A DNA stretch of 64,000 nt from Obrimoposthia wandeli (GCA_977020255.1 CDROCS010000506.1:2108001-2172000), one strand, 5' to 3'; shown: positions 48,963 to 58,094, counted from the first letter of the stretch. Notes: a model not told the origin generated them from the letters alone. Made by a program: numbers and translations.

Positions 48963-49730
48963 TTAGCTTATTCCTATCTGCATATCCAATTGCTTAACAG
49001 CATTAAATAATGAATTATTTGATGCACCACTAGCAATGGTGACGTGTTCTATTCCTAAGCCTCGAGCAAGTGCTGCAATTCGTTGGCTAGGAACAATAAA
49101 GTGTAAGTTTAATATCCACGGTAACGCTGTATAGGGTATTGTTTTAATCAGGTTACTGAGGATTTCACCGCTAGTGATAATAACACTATTAATAGCGAAT
49201 TGTTGCCACTTATTAATCAGTACCTCTGGATCGTAATCGGGTACAGAACGTTGATAAACTTCACAATATGTCACGTTTGCGGTGCGCTTAGTTAGATCTT
49301 CGGCCAGCGTTTCTCGACCACCATTACCACGAAGAATTACGATGTTTTTGTCTGCCATTGATACATTATCAAGTAGTTTTAATACGCCTTCGCTATCATG
49401 TGTATCGGGTATTTCTACGTGATTAATGCCGTATTTTCGCCAGCTTTTTGCAGTCGTTGGACCGACTGATATATAGTTAATCCACTGTGGCCATACTTTA
49501 TTTTCGAGGATTAAACTGTTGTTAGCATACTCTACCGCATTATCGCTTATGGCAATAATATAGTCACCAGGCTGTAGTTTTTCCAGTAATGAACTAACTT
49601 TATCAAATTGCTGCCCTGCGGAAATGTCGATAAACGGACAGCATAAAGCTGCCCCTCGGGCAGCCTTAATCTGACGAGCAAGTTGCTCGCCTTTTTCATG
49701 TGGGCGAGTGATTAGCGCCCTGATTTTCAT
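48963..49730 (-). CDS. hemD: Uroporphyrinogen-III synthase
   Basis: LITRP, VGPTTA, DSEG, RGNGGRE, YQR, TSGE. Confidence 0.95.
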   Translation of the reverse strand: MKIRALITRPHEKGEQLARQIKAARGAALCCPFIDISAGQQFDKVSSLLEKLQPGDYIIAISDNAVEYANNSLILENKVWPQWINYISVGPTTAKSWRKYGINHVEIPDTHDSEGVLKLLDNVSMADKNIVILRGNGGRETLAEDLTKRTANVTYCEVYQRSVPDYDPEVLINKWQQFAINSVIITSGEILSNLIKTIPYTALPWILNLHFIVPSQRIAALARGLGIEHVTIASGASNNSLFNAVKQLDMQIGIS

Positions 49731-50665
49731 GCGTCGGCGTTATTGTAAACTTCAGTTAAAATTTCTTTTGCACCTTGTGCAAGTAGGGTATCAGCAAGTG
49801 CTAAACCTAATTCGCGGGCATTTTTACGGTCGCCACGGATTTCAGCGCGGATAACTTCAGTACCATCTGGCTTGCCAACAAGGCCGCGTAACCACAGTTC
49901 ATCACCGTCGATTAGTGCATAACTACCAATTGGCACCTGACAACCACCTTCAAGCGCTAAGTTCATTGCGCGTTCAGCCCATACTCGATCACTGGTTAAG
50001 GCGTGGTTCAATGGTGCTAGGATTGCTTTAACACGTTCATCATCAATGCGACATTCAATGCCTACTGCACCTTGGCCAACAGCAGGTAGACTTTGCTCTG
50101 GTTCAATATAACTGGCAATACGGTATTCCATATCCAGGCGTTTAAGACCTGCGGCTGCAAGAATAATTGCGTCATAATCTTTATTATCAAGTTTGTTTAA
50201 ACGGGTGTTAACGTTACCGCGTAAATTCATGATTTTTAGATCTGGGCGGGCTTCACTTAGCTGACATTCGCGACGTAAGCTACATGTACCGACGATTGCG
50301 CCTGGTGGTAACTCTTCGATTCTTTTGTAAGTATTTGAAACGAAAGCATCACGAGGATCTTCACGTTCACAAATAACTTCTAAGCCTAAACCTTCTGGAA
50401 ATTCAACTGGCACATCTTTCATTGAATGCACGGCAATATCTGCACGGTTATCAAGCATTGCAACTTCAAGTTCTTTTACAAAAAGGCCTTTACCACCCAC
50501 TTTTGCTAACGGCGTATCTAAAATGATGTCACCTTTCGTTACCATAGGAACAAGTTCAACGGTAAGGTTTTGATGGATCGATTCTAAACGTGCTTTTACA
50601 TACTCAGCTTGCCACATTGCAAGTGGACTTTTACGGGTTGCAATTCTTAGTGTTTCAGTAGCCAT
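49727..50665 (-). CDS. hemC: Hydroxymethylbilane synthase
   Basis: [32 protein letters not shown]. Confidence 0.98.
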   Translation of the reverse strand: MATETLRIATRKSPLAMWQAEYVKARLESIHQNLTVELVPMVTKGDIILDTPLAKVGGKGLFVKELEVAMLDNRADIAVHSMKDVPVEFPEGLGLEVICEREDPRDAFVSNTYKRIEELPPGAIVGTCSLRRECQLSEARPDLKIMNLRGNVNTRLNKLDNKDYDAIILAAAGLKRLDMEYRIASYIEPEQSLPAVGQGAVGIECRIDDERVKAILAPLNHALTSDRVWAERAMNLALEGGCQVPIGSYALIDGDELWLRGLVGKPDGTEVIRAEIRGDRKNARELGLALADTLLAQGAKEILTEVYNNADA

Positions 50666-50869
50666 GATATTTCCAAATTTAACTAGATTGGCTAAATATT
50701 AACAGATTTCCCCCATTAATGGTTGATCTAAGATGGGGTTATTTGTAAAAAATACGGTTAATTTAACCACTCGATAACATATAGAATCGGATTGAAAGTA
50801 GCGGCTTATTTAATGAGAACTGCAGCTATCATTTTAAAGTATAGGAGGAGGATTAAGTATGGGGATGGA

Positions 50870-50906
50870 ATATTACGCTGCTGCTTATTCTGCAACAGCG
50901 TAATAT
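50870..50906. terminator. Hairpin at the 3' end of the cus islet
   Basis: ATATTACGCTG...CAGCGTAATAT 11-bp stem; weak U tract. Confidence 0.5.
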
Positions 50907-50910
50907 ATTA

Positions 50911-50950
50911 GTTAGACGTGATTAGTCGTAGTTAGTCATAGTTAGTCGCA
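50911..50950. repeat. Four imperfect 10-bp tandem repeats (GTTAGTCRTA) overlapping a stop codon
   Basis: GTTAGACGTG ATTAGTCGTA GTTAGTCATA GTTAGTCGCA. Confidence 0.7.
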
Positions 50951-51433
50951 ATTAAGGCGAAATGCTTTATGGCTTTTTTTGATGTGCTGCTTAATGTCAC
51001 CCAGTACCGTTTTTACTTGGCCTTTTGATGTTGCGTCTTGAAGCTGAGTAAAGAGGCTGGTTAATTTTTCAATGCCTTGTTGGTAAGCCATGTGCTGCAT
51101 ATGGGTGCTATGGTCCATACCTTCCATATCTTTCATATTCGCCATCTTGCTATGATCCATGCCTTTCATTGCGGGCATTTCTTGCTGTAGCTTCAAAGGG
51201 ATTTCATTTTTGGCTTTGGCGCTGTTGGCCAATAGTTTAGTTAATTGAGCTTTCATCTCAGCTTGGTCATCACGTTTGAATGCGCCGACATATGCTTTTA
51301 AATCATCACTCATTGCTGACATAACACTGCCTAATTGGGTGTCTTTACAGTGGCCGTCACCATCACCGTGGGCAAATACTGGTGAACTGAGTGCGGCGCT
51401 AAGGGTGATTGCGATAGTTAATTGTTTAAACAT
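50942..51433 (-). CDS. Periplasmic cytochrome b562-fold protein with Met/His-rich insertion
   Basis: Sec signal (..PVFA); TQLGSVM aligns with b562 ADLEDNM, KKSHKAFR with NAYHQKYR; a 30-aa loop has 9 Met and 4 His. Start moved to ATG 51433 (SD AAGGA). Confidence 0.75.
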   Translation of the reverse strand: MFKQLTIAITLSAALSSPVFAHGDGDGHCKDTQLGSVMSAMSDDLKAYVGAFKRDDQAEMKAQLTKLLANSAKAKNEIPLKLQQEMPAMKGMDHSKMANMKDMEGMDHSTHMQHMAYQQGIEKLTSLFTQLQDATSKGQVKTVLGDIKQHIKKSHKAFRLNCD

Positions 51434-51467
51434 TGCTTTTCCTTTATCTATTATTTTAAGTTTGAGT

Positions 51468-54400
51468 TTATTTATTTGTCGTTTCAATATCTTGCTCATT
51501 AACCATTTGTGATTTTAAGCTGATTGATTTCCACAGATAGAAAGAGGCTGGTAACACTAACAGTGTCAGAATGATGGCTGAAGCCATGCCACCAATCATA
51601 GGTGCAGCAATGCGTTGCATAACTTGAGAGCCGGTACCGTCACCATACATAATCGGGATCAAGCCTATTATTACGGTTGCTACTGTCATCATGATTGGGC
51701 GTACACGTAGTCCTGCGCCATCCATTATCGCTTGCTGTAATTTGGCTTTGGTGAAATTACCTGCCGCCAGTGCTGCTGCTAAGGATTGATTTAAATAAAC
51801 TAACATGATCACGCCAATTTCAACTGCAACACCGGCGAGAGCGATAAAGCCGACCCCAACCGCAATCGAGAAGTTGTAGTTGAGCAAGTACAATAACCAG
51901 ATACCACCAATCATAGCGAGCGGTAATGTCGCGAGAATGAGTAGTACCTCACCAACACGTCTAAAGGCGAGATAAAGTAATAACACGATAATAGCGAGGG
52001 TGGCAGGGATCACGACAGATAAGGTGTCTTTGGCACGTTGCATATATTCGTATTGTCCAGACCAAGCAATTGAATAACCGGTAGGTAATACTAACTGTTC
52101 GGCAACGGCTTGCTGAGCATCTACGACATAAGAACCGAGATCTCGGCCTTCGATATCCACATAAACCCAACCATTAGGGCGAGCGTTTTCTGTTTTAATC
52201 ATCGGCGCGCCGTCTTCGACATAGATATTAGCGACATCACTTAAGGCAATCCTAGCGCCTTGGGGTGTGATCAAGGGTAATAATTTCATTTGTTCAATAC
52301 TATCGCGGTAAGACTGCGGGTAACGAACATTGACAGGATAACGCTCTAATCCTTCGATGGTTTGAGTTACATTAATACCGCCTACTGCCGTTGATATTAC
52401 CTCTTGTACATCGGCAATATTCAATCCATAACGAGCGGCTTTTTCACGCTCAATATCAATTTTCACATAACGTCCGCCAACAACGCGCTCAGCATAGGCT
52501 GATGTAGTACCTGGTACATGTTGTAATATCTTTTCTATTTGCTTGCCAATTTGTTCAATCTCACTCAGTTTTTCACCTGCGATCTTGATGCCAATAGGTG
52601 TCTTTATACCTGTTGCTAGCATGTCGATACGGGTTTTGATCGGCATTACCCAAGCGTTAGTTAAACCTGGGAATTGCACTAACTTATCGAGTTCTTGGCG
52701 TAGACTTTCTGAAGTCATCCCATCACGCCACTGTGACTTTGGTTTTAATGTGATGAAGGTTTCAATCATGGTTAGCGGCGCTGCATCCGTAGCAGTTTCA
52801 GCGCGACCCGCTTTACCCCATACGCGTTCTACTTCGGGGACTGTTTTGATTAATTTATTGGTTTGTTGTAATAACTCCCGAGCTTTACCTATGCTGATAC
52901 CAGGGTAGGTGGTGGGCATATACATGAGATCACCTTCATCCAGCGGTGGAATAAATTCACTGCCGATCTTAGTAACAGGGTAAAAGCCGACAGCAACAAG
53001 GCCAATGACGATAGAAAGTAGCAGTACCGGTGCTTTCAGTGTGAATGCTAATGCCGGGCGGTATAACGCGATTAGACCGCGGTTGATTGGGTTTTTATGC
53101 TCAGGTAATACGTTACCGCGAATGAAGTAACCCATTAATATTGGCACTAAGGTCACCGCGAGTCCTGCTGATGCTGCCATTGCATAGGTTTTCGTAAAGG
53201 CGAGCGGGGCAAACATTTTCCCTTCTTGGCCTTCGAGTACGAATACAGGGACGAAACTAAAAGTAATAATAAGTAGTGAGAAGAACAGTGCTGGACCAAC
53301 TTCCGCAGCTGCTTTACTGATTACTTGCCAACGGTTTTTATCTGTTAATGGCGTCTTTTCGATATGTTTATGGACATTTTCAACCATCACAATTGCGCCA
53401 TCAACCATGGCACCAATGGCGATAGCTATCCCACCCAATGACATGATGTTGGCATTAATGCCTTGCCATGACATAACGATAAAGGCCACAAGAATACCAA
53501 TCGGTAAACTGACCAATACCACTAACGAACTGCGAATGTGGAATAGGAATAATGCACAAACAACAATAACGACAAGAAACTCTTCCAATAATTTAAGGTA
53601 GAGATTGTCGACTGCATTATCGATTAATGTTGAACGATCATATGTAGTAACAATCTCAACGCCTTCAGGTAGTGAGGCTTGTAACGTTTGAATTTTTTCT
53701 TTGACTGCAGCGATGACATCTCGAGCATTTTCACCGTAACGCATGACAATAATGCCGCCAACGACTTCACCTTCGCCGTCGAGTTCAGAAACACCTCGGC
53801 GCATTTGTGGGCCAAGGACAATATCGGCGACATCGCCTAATAATAATGGCGTGCCTGTTGCGCTGGTTTTTAAAGGAATATTTTTTAAGTCATCGATTGA
53901 GCTGATATAACCACTCGCACGGACCATGTATTCGGCTTCAGCCATTTCGATAACGCTAGCGCCAGCTTCTTGGTTTCCACGTTTGATCGCATTGGTAATT
54001 AACGATAATGGGATCTGGTAGCTGCGCAGTTTATCTGGATTGACGCTTATCTGATATTGCTTGACCATACCGCCAACGGTTGCGACTTCAGAGACGCCTG
54101 CAACAGTTTGTAGTTCATATTTTAAGAACCAATCTTGGATACTACGCAGTTGGCTTAAATCGTGATTACCGCTGGTATCGGTTAACGCATAGGAATATAC
54201 CCAACCCACGCCTGTAGCGTCAGGGCCTAGCGCTGGTTTTGCTGTGCTAGGAAGATTCGGCGTTACCTGTGATAGATATTCTAATACTCGTGATCGAGCC
54301 CAGTACATGTCAGTGCCATCGTCGAAGATAACGTAAACATAAGAGTCGCCGAAGAATGAGTAACCGCGTACTGTTTTTGCACCAGGTACAGATAACATGG

Positions 54401-54614
54401 CGGTCGTTAATGGGTAGGTCACTTGATCTTCGACTACTTGTGGCGCTTGCCCCGGGTAAGTGGTTTTAATGATAACTTGGACATCAGAGAGGTCGGGAAT
54501 GGCGTCAACTGGGGTGTTTTTGATTACAAAACTACCGTAGATAAGGACGACCAAGGTTGCTAATAACACCATGATGCGATTGTGTATCGACCATTCAATT
54601 ATTCTTTTGATCAT
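51468..54614 (-). CDS. cusA: Cu(I)/Ag(I) HME-RND efflux pump
   Basis: DAIPDLSDVQV, LGPDATGVGW; Met triad conserved (DLMYMP, PLTMIET, RIDMLATG). Confidence 0.96.
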   Translation of the reverse strand: MIKRIIEWSIHNRIMVLLATLVVLIYGSFVIKNTPVDAIPDLSDVQVIIKTTYPGQAPQVVEDQVTYPLTTAMLSVPGAKTVRGYSFFGDSYVYVIFDDGTDMYWARSRVLEYLSQVTPNLPSTAKPALGPDATGVGWVYSYALTDTSGNHDLSQLRSIQDWFLKYELQTVAGVSEVATVGGMVKQYQISVNPDKLRSYQIPLSLITNAIKRGNQEAGASVIEMAEAEYMVRASGYISSIDDLKNIPLKTSATGTPLLLGDVADIVLGPQMRRGVSELDGEGEVVGGIIVMRYGENARDVIAAVKEKIQTLQASLPEGVEIVTTYDRSTLIDNAVDNLYLKLLEEFLVVIVVCALFLFHIRSSLVVLVSLPIGILVAFIVMSWQGINANIMSLGGIAIAIGAMVDGAIVMVENVHKHIEKTPLTDKNRWQVISKAAAEVGPALFFSLLIITFSFVPVFVLEGQEGKMFAPLAFTKTYAMAASAGLAVTLVPILMGYFIRGNVLPEHKNPINRGLIALYRPALAFTLKAPVLLLSIVIGLVAVGFYPVTKIGSEFIPPLDEGDLMYMPTTYPGISIGKARELLQQTNKLIKTVPEVERVWGKAGRAETATDAAPLTMIETFITLKPKSQWRDGMTSESLRQELDKLVQFPGLTNAWVMPIKTRIDMLATGIKTPIGIKIAGEKLSEIEQIGKQIEKILQHVPGTTSAYAERVVGGRYVKIDIEREKAARYGLNIADVQEVISTAVGGINVTQTIEGLERYPVNVRYPQSYRDSIEQMKLLPLITPQGARIALSDVANIYVEDGAPMIKTENARPNGWVYVDIEGRDLGSYVVDAQQAVAEQLVLPTGYSIAWSGQYEYMQRAKDTLSVVIPATLAIIVLLLYLAFRRVGEVLLILATLPLAMIGGIWLLYLLNYNFSIAVGVGFIALAGVAVEIGVIMLVYLNQSLAAALAAGNFTKAKLQQAIMDGAGLRVRPIMMTVATVIIGLIPIMYGDGTGSQVMQRIAAPMIGGMASAIILTLLVLPASFYLWKSISLKSQMVNEQDIETTNK

Positions 54615-56092
54615 TACAGCTCTCCCTCATCATCAAAATCTAACCAAGATAAATCATCTTCAGCACTGCTATCCGTCGATACTGGCGTGGCCTCTGTACT
54701 CATTTTACTGTGATCCATTTGCAGCATGTCATCGTGGTTCATCTTGCTATGGTCCATTGCCATGTTATTTGTTGTCGGCGAACCTATTCGGCTAAAATCG
54801 GCGGTTAAGCTTGATTCTGAATCCAGTAGGAATTGAGCGCTAGTGACGATTTTGTCGCCCTCGTTAAGTCCTGCGAGTACCTCGACATAACCTGCAGATT
54901 CTCTGCCTAATGTGATCTTGATTGATTGGTATTGACCGTCGCCTTTGGCAAGTACGATGCGATCAAGTGTGCCGGAACGAATTATTGCCTCACGCGGAAC
55001 TTGTATTGAATCTGCTTGCTGCTGGCTGTCCAATGTTAATGTGGCAAACATGTTTGGTTTTAACCGCTCATCTGGATTGGCTATTTTAATTCTTACTTTT
55101 AGCGTTCGGATCGCGGCGTTTAATTCTGGGTAAATGTAATCCACTTCTCCCAGCCAAGTTTGGCCTGGAAAGCTGTCTACTTGCATAGTCGCTTTATCAC
55201 CGATGTTTACCTGACTTGCTTGAGACTCAAAAATTTCGGCTTGTAACCATATTTCAGTTAATAGCCCTGCTGTTATTATTTGCACCGCAGGTGAAATATA
55301 AGCACCTTCACGAATCGCTAGTTCAGTGATATAACCGGATTTTGGGGCTGATATAGTGACATTTTGGATCACTTTTTGAGTTCGGCTGATCTGTTTAACC
55401 TGTGCTTGGCTGATACCTAATGCAGATAAACGTTGTTTTGCCGATCTGATGAGGATGTTATTACCGATACGTAGCGTATTGAGCAATTCTTCCTGTGCTT
55501 TAATCAGTTCTGGTGAATATAAGGTGAATAGTGGTTGTCCTTTGGTGACGAACTCACCGGTATTATTGATATAGAGTTGATCAACCCAACCAGAAACGCG
55601 ACTGTTAATTTGCCAGAGTGAATCCTGATTAAATTCCAATATACCGACGGTATTTATTTGCGATGTGAAAGGGCGACGCTGTGCCGTTTGTGTGCGGACG
55701 CCTAAGTTATTTTCTACACGCGCTGATATGGTCACTAAACCTGCATCGCTTGCCGTTGTGACATCTTCGTAAACAGGAACTAAATCCATGCCCATTGGCG
55801 ATTGACCGGGTTTATCTCGACGATAGTTCGCATCCATAGGCGCAACCCAATATAGCGGTTCTTGCACTGTTGTTTGAGCTACTGTTTGTGATTTTTTAGC
55901 ATAAACAGGGACTAAATCCATGCCCATTGGTGATTGACCTGGTTTATCTCGACGGTAGTTAGCATCCATCGGTGCGACCCAATATAAGATCTCTGGTTCT
56001 GCGTTTGTAGTATTTGTTGTTGGTGTACTGAACCACGTACCCGCTGCAAGGCCCAATGCCAATGTAATTGAGCTAGTTAGTAATGTTTTCAT
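54614..56092 (-). CDS. cusB: CusB-type adaptor with two HMBD repeats and a Met/His tail
   Basis: Two YWVAPMD..PMGMDLVP domains, MFP core (LYSPEL, YPEL, LKPNM), tail MAMDHSKMNHDDMLQMDHSKM. Confidence 0.93.
   Translation of the reverse strand: MKTLLTSSITLALGLAAGTWFSTPTTNTTNAEPEILYWVAPMDANYRRDKPGQSPMGMDLVPVYAKKSQTVAQTTVQEPLYWVAPMDANYRRDKPGQSPMGMDLVPVYEDVTTASDAGLVTISARVENNLGVRTQTAQRRPFTSQINTVGILEFNQDSLWQINSRVSGWVDQLYINNTGEFVTKGQPLFTLYSPELIKAQEELLNTLRIGNNILIRSAKQRLSALGISQAQVKQISRTQKVIQNVTISAPKSGYITELAIREGAYISPAVQIITAGLLTEIWLQAEIFESQASQVNIGDKATMQVDSFPGQTWLGEVDYIYPELNAAIRTLKVRIKIANPDERLKPNMFATLTLDSQQQADSIQVPREAIIRSGTLDRIVLAKGDGQYQSIKITLGRESAGYVEVLAGLNEGDKIVTSAQFLLDSESSLTADFSRIGSPTTNNMAMDHSKMNHDDMLQMDHSKMSTEATPVSTDSSAEDDLSWLDFDDEGEL
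55770..55984 (-). repeat. Internal duplication in cusB (83-bp copies at 55770-55852 and 55902-55984)
   Basis: Identical 28-aa peptides; 8 nucleotide differences, all synonymous. Confidence 0.95.
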
Positions 56093-56100
56093 ATCAGCCT

Positions 56101-57357
56101 CTATAATGCTTGAAAATAACGAATGCGCGCTAAGGTTTTTAAATTTTGAAAGTGTAATTGTTGGTATTCAAGCGTGAGTGCTTGTTCATCCATTAATGCG
56201 TTGATGACCTGTTCAAAATCATTGGTATTGGTTTGATAACCTTGTATTGCGGCATCACTATTGGCTTTGGCTTGCACGAGAAGGGTATCTTGGTAACGCT
56301 GCATACGGGCTTTGGTATTACTGAAATTAGCAATTGCACCATTTAATATGCCATTGAATTTAATCAATAATAAATCTTTTTCTGCTTGTTTAATGCCTTT
56401 TCCTTGAGTCGCCGAGATAACGACTTGGTCTTGACGATTACTGGTGAATAGTGGGATGTTCATCGAGACTGAGCCGCTGATTAAATCACTACGACTGGAT
56501 CCGGTCGCCATATCTAGCGCTTCACGATGGCCGTAACCAATATCAACTTTAAAGGCTGGTTTATAAGATTCATTCGCAGTAGCTATATTGTTCTGAGCAA
56601 CATCAATGGCTTGTTGCGCAGCCAATACTTGTGGGTGACCAGCCAATAATTGGTAATGTTTTATGTCGGCTTGTTGTACATATTCAAGACTCTGCGGCCA
56701 AGTTGGCAGTTGCGTTGAAAATGTATCAAACGCTTGTGGGCCAACCAAAGAGACAAGTTGACCGCGTAGTGCTTGTTCTTGTTGCGCAAACGCCGCAATT
56801 TTATCATCAAATTTGGCCAGTTCTAATTCTGCTTTAATGAGGTCTTGATTTTGACGATAACCTAACTCGAATTGACGGTAGAGGTTGGTGACATGCTGAC
56901 TAAATAACTGCTGATTTTTGGCTAGTATGCTTTGGGCTATTTTGGCAAAGCGAATATCAAACCATAATTCACGGATCTGCAGTTTTAATTCTAATTGACG
57001 GTTTTCAGCTAATAGTATGCTTTGCTGTGCCTGTAAGGAAAAACCTTTCGCGGTTAATTCCAGGGAATCTCCGGCTGAAAATTGCTGTGACAGACCGAGA
57101 CTAAACTGGGTCATTGGGTCATCGGATAGTGATAAGCTATCAACTGGCACATTATTCAAGCCGAATTTTATCATTGGATCGGCAAGTTGTGAGCGGCTGA
57201 TACCTTGTGCAATTAAGCTGGCTTGTTGTGCGCTGTATAGTGTGGCAGATGGATCGCGTTTTAGGGCGATATCCTCGGCAACAGACAGCGTCAATTGTTG
57301 AGCATTCGCATTGATCGTTAACAATGCGAATAACCCCAAATATATTTTGGATGGCAT
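56101..57357 (-). CDS. TolC-family outer membrane factor of the cus operon
   Basis: Signal peptide, LADPMIKFG, FKVDIGYG, SMNIPLF; operon position. No lipobox. Confidence 0.88.
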   Translation of the reverse strand: MPSKIYLGLFALLTINANAQQLTLSVAEDIALKRDPSATLYSAQQASLIAQGISRSQLADPMIKFGLNNVPVDSLSLSDDPMTQFSLGLSQQFSAGDSLELTAKGFSLQAQQSILLAENRQLELKLQIRELWFDIRFAKIAQSILAKNQQLFSQHVTNLYRQFELGYRQNQDLIKAELELAKFDDKIAAFAQQEQALRGQLVSLVGPQAFDTFSTQLPTWPQSLEYVQQADIKHYQLLAGHPQVLAAQQAIDVAQNNIATANESYKPAFKVDIGYGHREALDMATGSSRSDLISGSVSMNIPLFTSNRQDQVVISATQGKGIKQAEKDLLLIKFNGILNGAIANFSNTKARMQRYQDTLLVQAKANSDAAIQGYQTNTNDFEQVINALMDEQALTLEYQQLHFQNLKTLARIRYFQAL

Positions 57358-57396
57358 TCTATGTCCTTAAATTAATTGATTTTTAAATTATGAAAA

Positions 57397-57780
57397 TCAA
57401 TTAATGAGAGGCGGTCGATAGAGGTTATCTTGGTATGTTCTTAAGAAGAGAGTCGGGGAGTGATTAATAATATTGTTTTGTTTGTGGGTATCGATTGTTA
57501 GCTTATCAGGGTTAATAAAGGAGATTAAACTGATGGCATTACAGTCATTACAGGTATCGGTTTGGCAGCAATTATGATGATTACTTTCTGTTTCACCGAT
57601 TACATTGCTGGACTCTGTTGTATCCATACAATGAGTCATATCAGTCATTGTCGTTTTATTTGATGACATACTTTGCATATCGCAAGGCAGATCTGCAGAC
57701 ATAGCATACTGACTCATTGCCTGAAGCGGTAATGAGAAGGTGTTGATTAAGATTAATAAAATCAATAATACTATACGCAT
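57397..57780 (-). CDS. Secreted Cys/His/Met-rich protein with C-terminal RPP (DUF2946/CzcI-like architecture)
   Basis: Signal peptide, HHNCC..CNDC, Met-rich, ends LYRPPLIN; first gene after the promoter. Confidence 0.75.
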   Translation of the reverse strand: MRIVLLILLILINTFSLPLQAMSQYAMSADLPCDMQSMSSNKTTMTDMTHCMDTTESSNVIGETESNHHNCCQTDTCNDCNAISLISFINPDKLTIDTHKQNNIINHSPTLFLRTYQDNLYRPPLIN

Positions 57781-57824
57781 GAAAAGTTCGTTATCAGCAA
57801 TAAATAAAAATGAATAGACGAGAC

Positions 57825-57855
57825 ATGATAATCGTTACCTTAAGGGGAAGGTCAA
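57825..57855 (-). promoter_or_regulatory. CueR/MerR-type promoter of the cus islet
   Basis: Minus strand TTGACC-TTCCCCTTAAGGTAACGAT(19)-TATCAT; the first 14 nt equal the E. coli copA promoter as I recall it. Confidence 0.8.
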
Positions 57856-57917
57856 GAGGGGAGATTATAAATTATAGTATTAAACTTTAGGAATCAAAAA
57901 GCATAAAAAAAAGGCAT

Positions 57918-57942
57918 AAAAAAACCTCGATAAACGAGGTTT
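57918..57942 (-). terminator. tRNA operon terminator
   Basis: AAACCTCG-loop-CGAGGTTT followed by a U run on the minus strand. Confidence 0.88.
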
Positions 57943-57965
57943 CTTTATTTATTCTTGTAAGAAAG

Positions 57966-58041
57966 TGGTGGGCTGTGAAGGATTTGAACCTTCGACCAAT
58001 TGATTAAAAGTCAACTGCTCTACCAACTGAGCTAACAGCCC
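57966..58041 (-). tRNA. tRNA-Lys(TTT)
   Basis: GGGCTGTTAGCTCAG...CTTTTAA...CAGCCCACCA. Confidence 0.97.
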
Positions 58042-58094
58042 CCATGGTCTTTCTTTTTATAGTTTTACGTCTTAAACGTAACACCACAATTAAG

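Noticed and set aside
50700-50940. attR-like repeat of the tRNA-Lys 3' end bounding the cus islet
   Set aside because: No copy of TGGTGGGCTGTGAAGG or a sub-fragment found; no integrase in the window.
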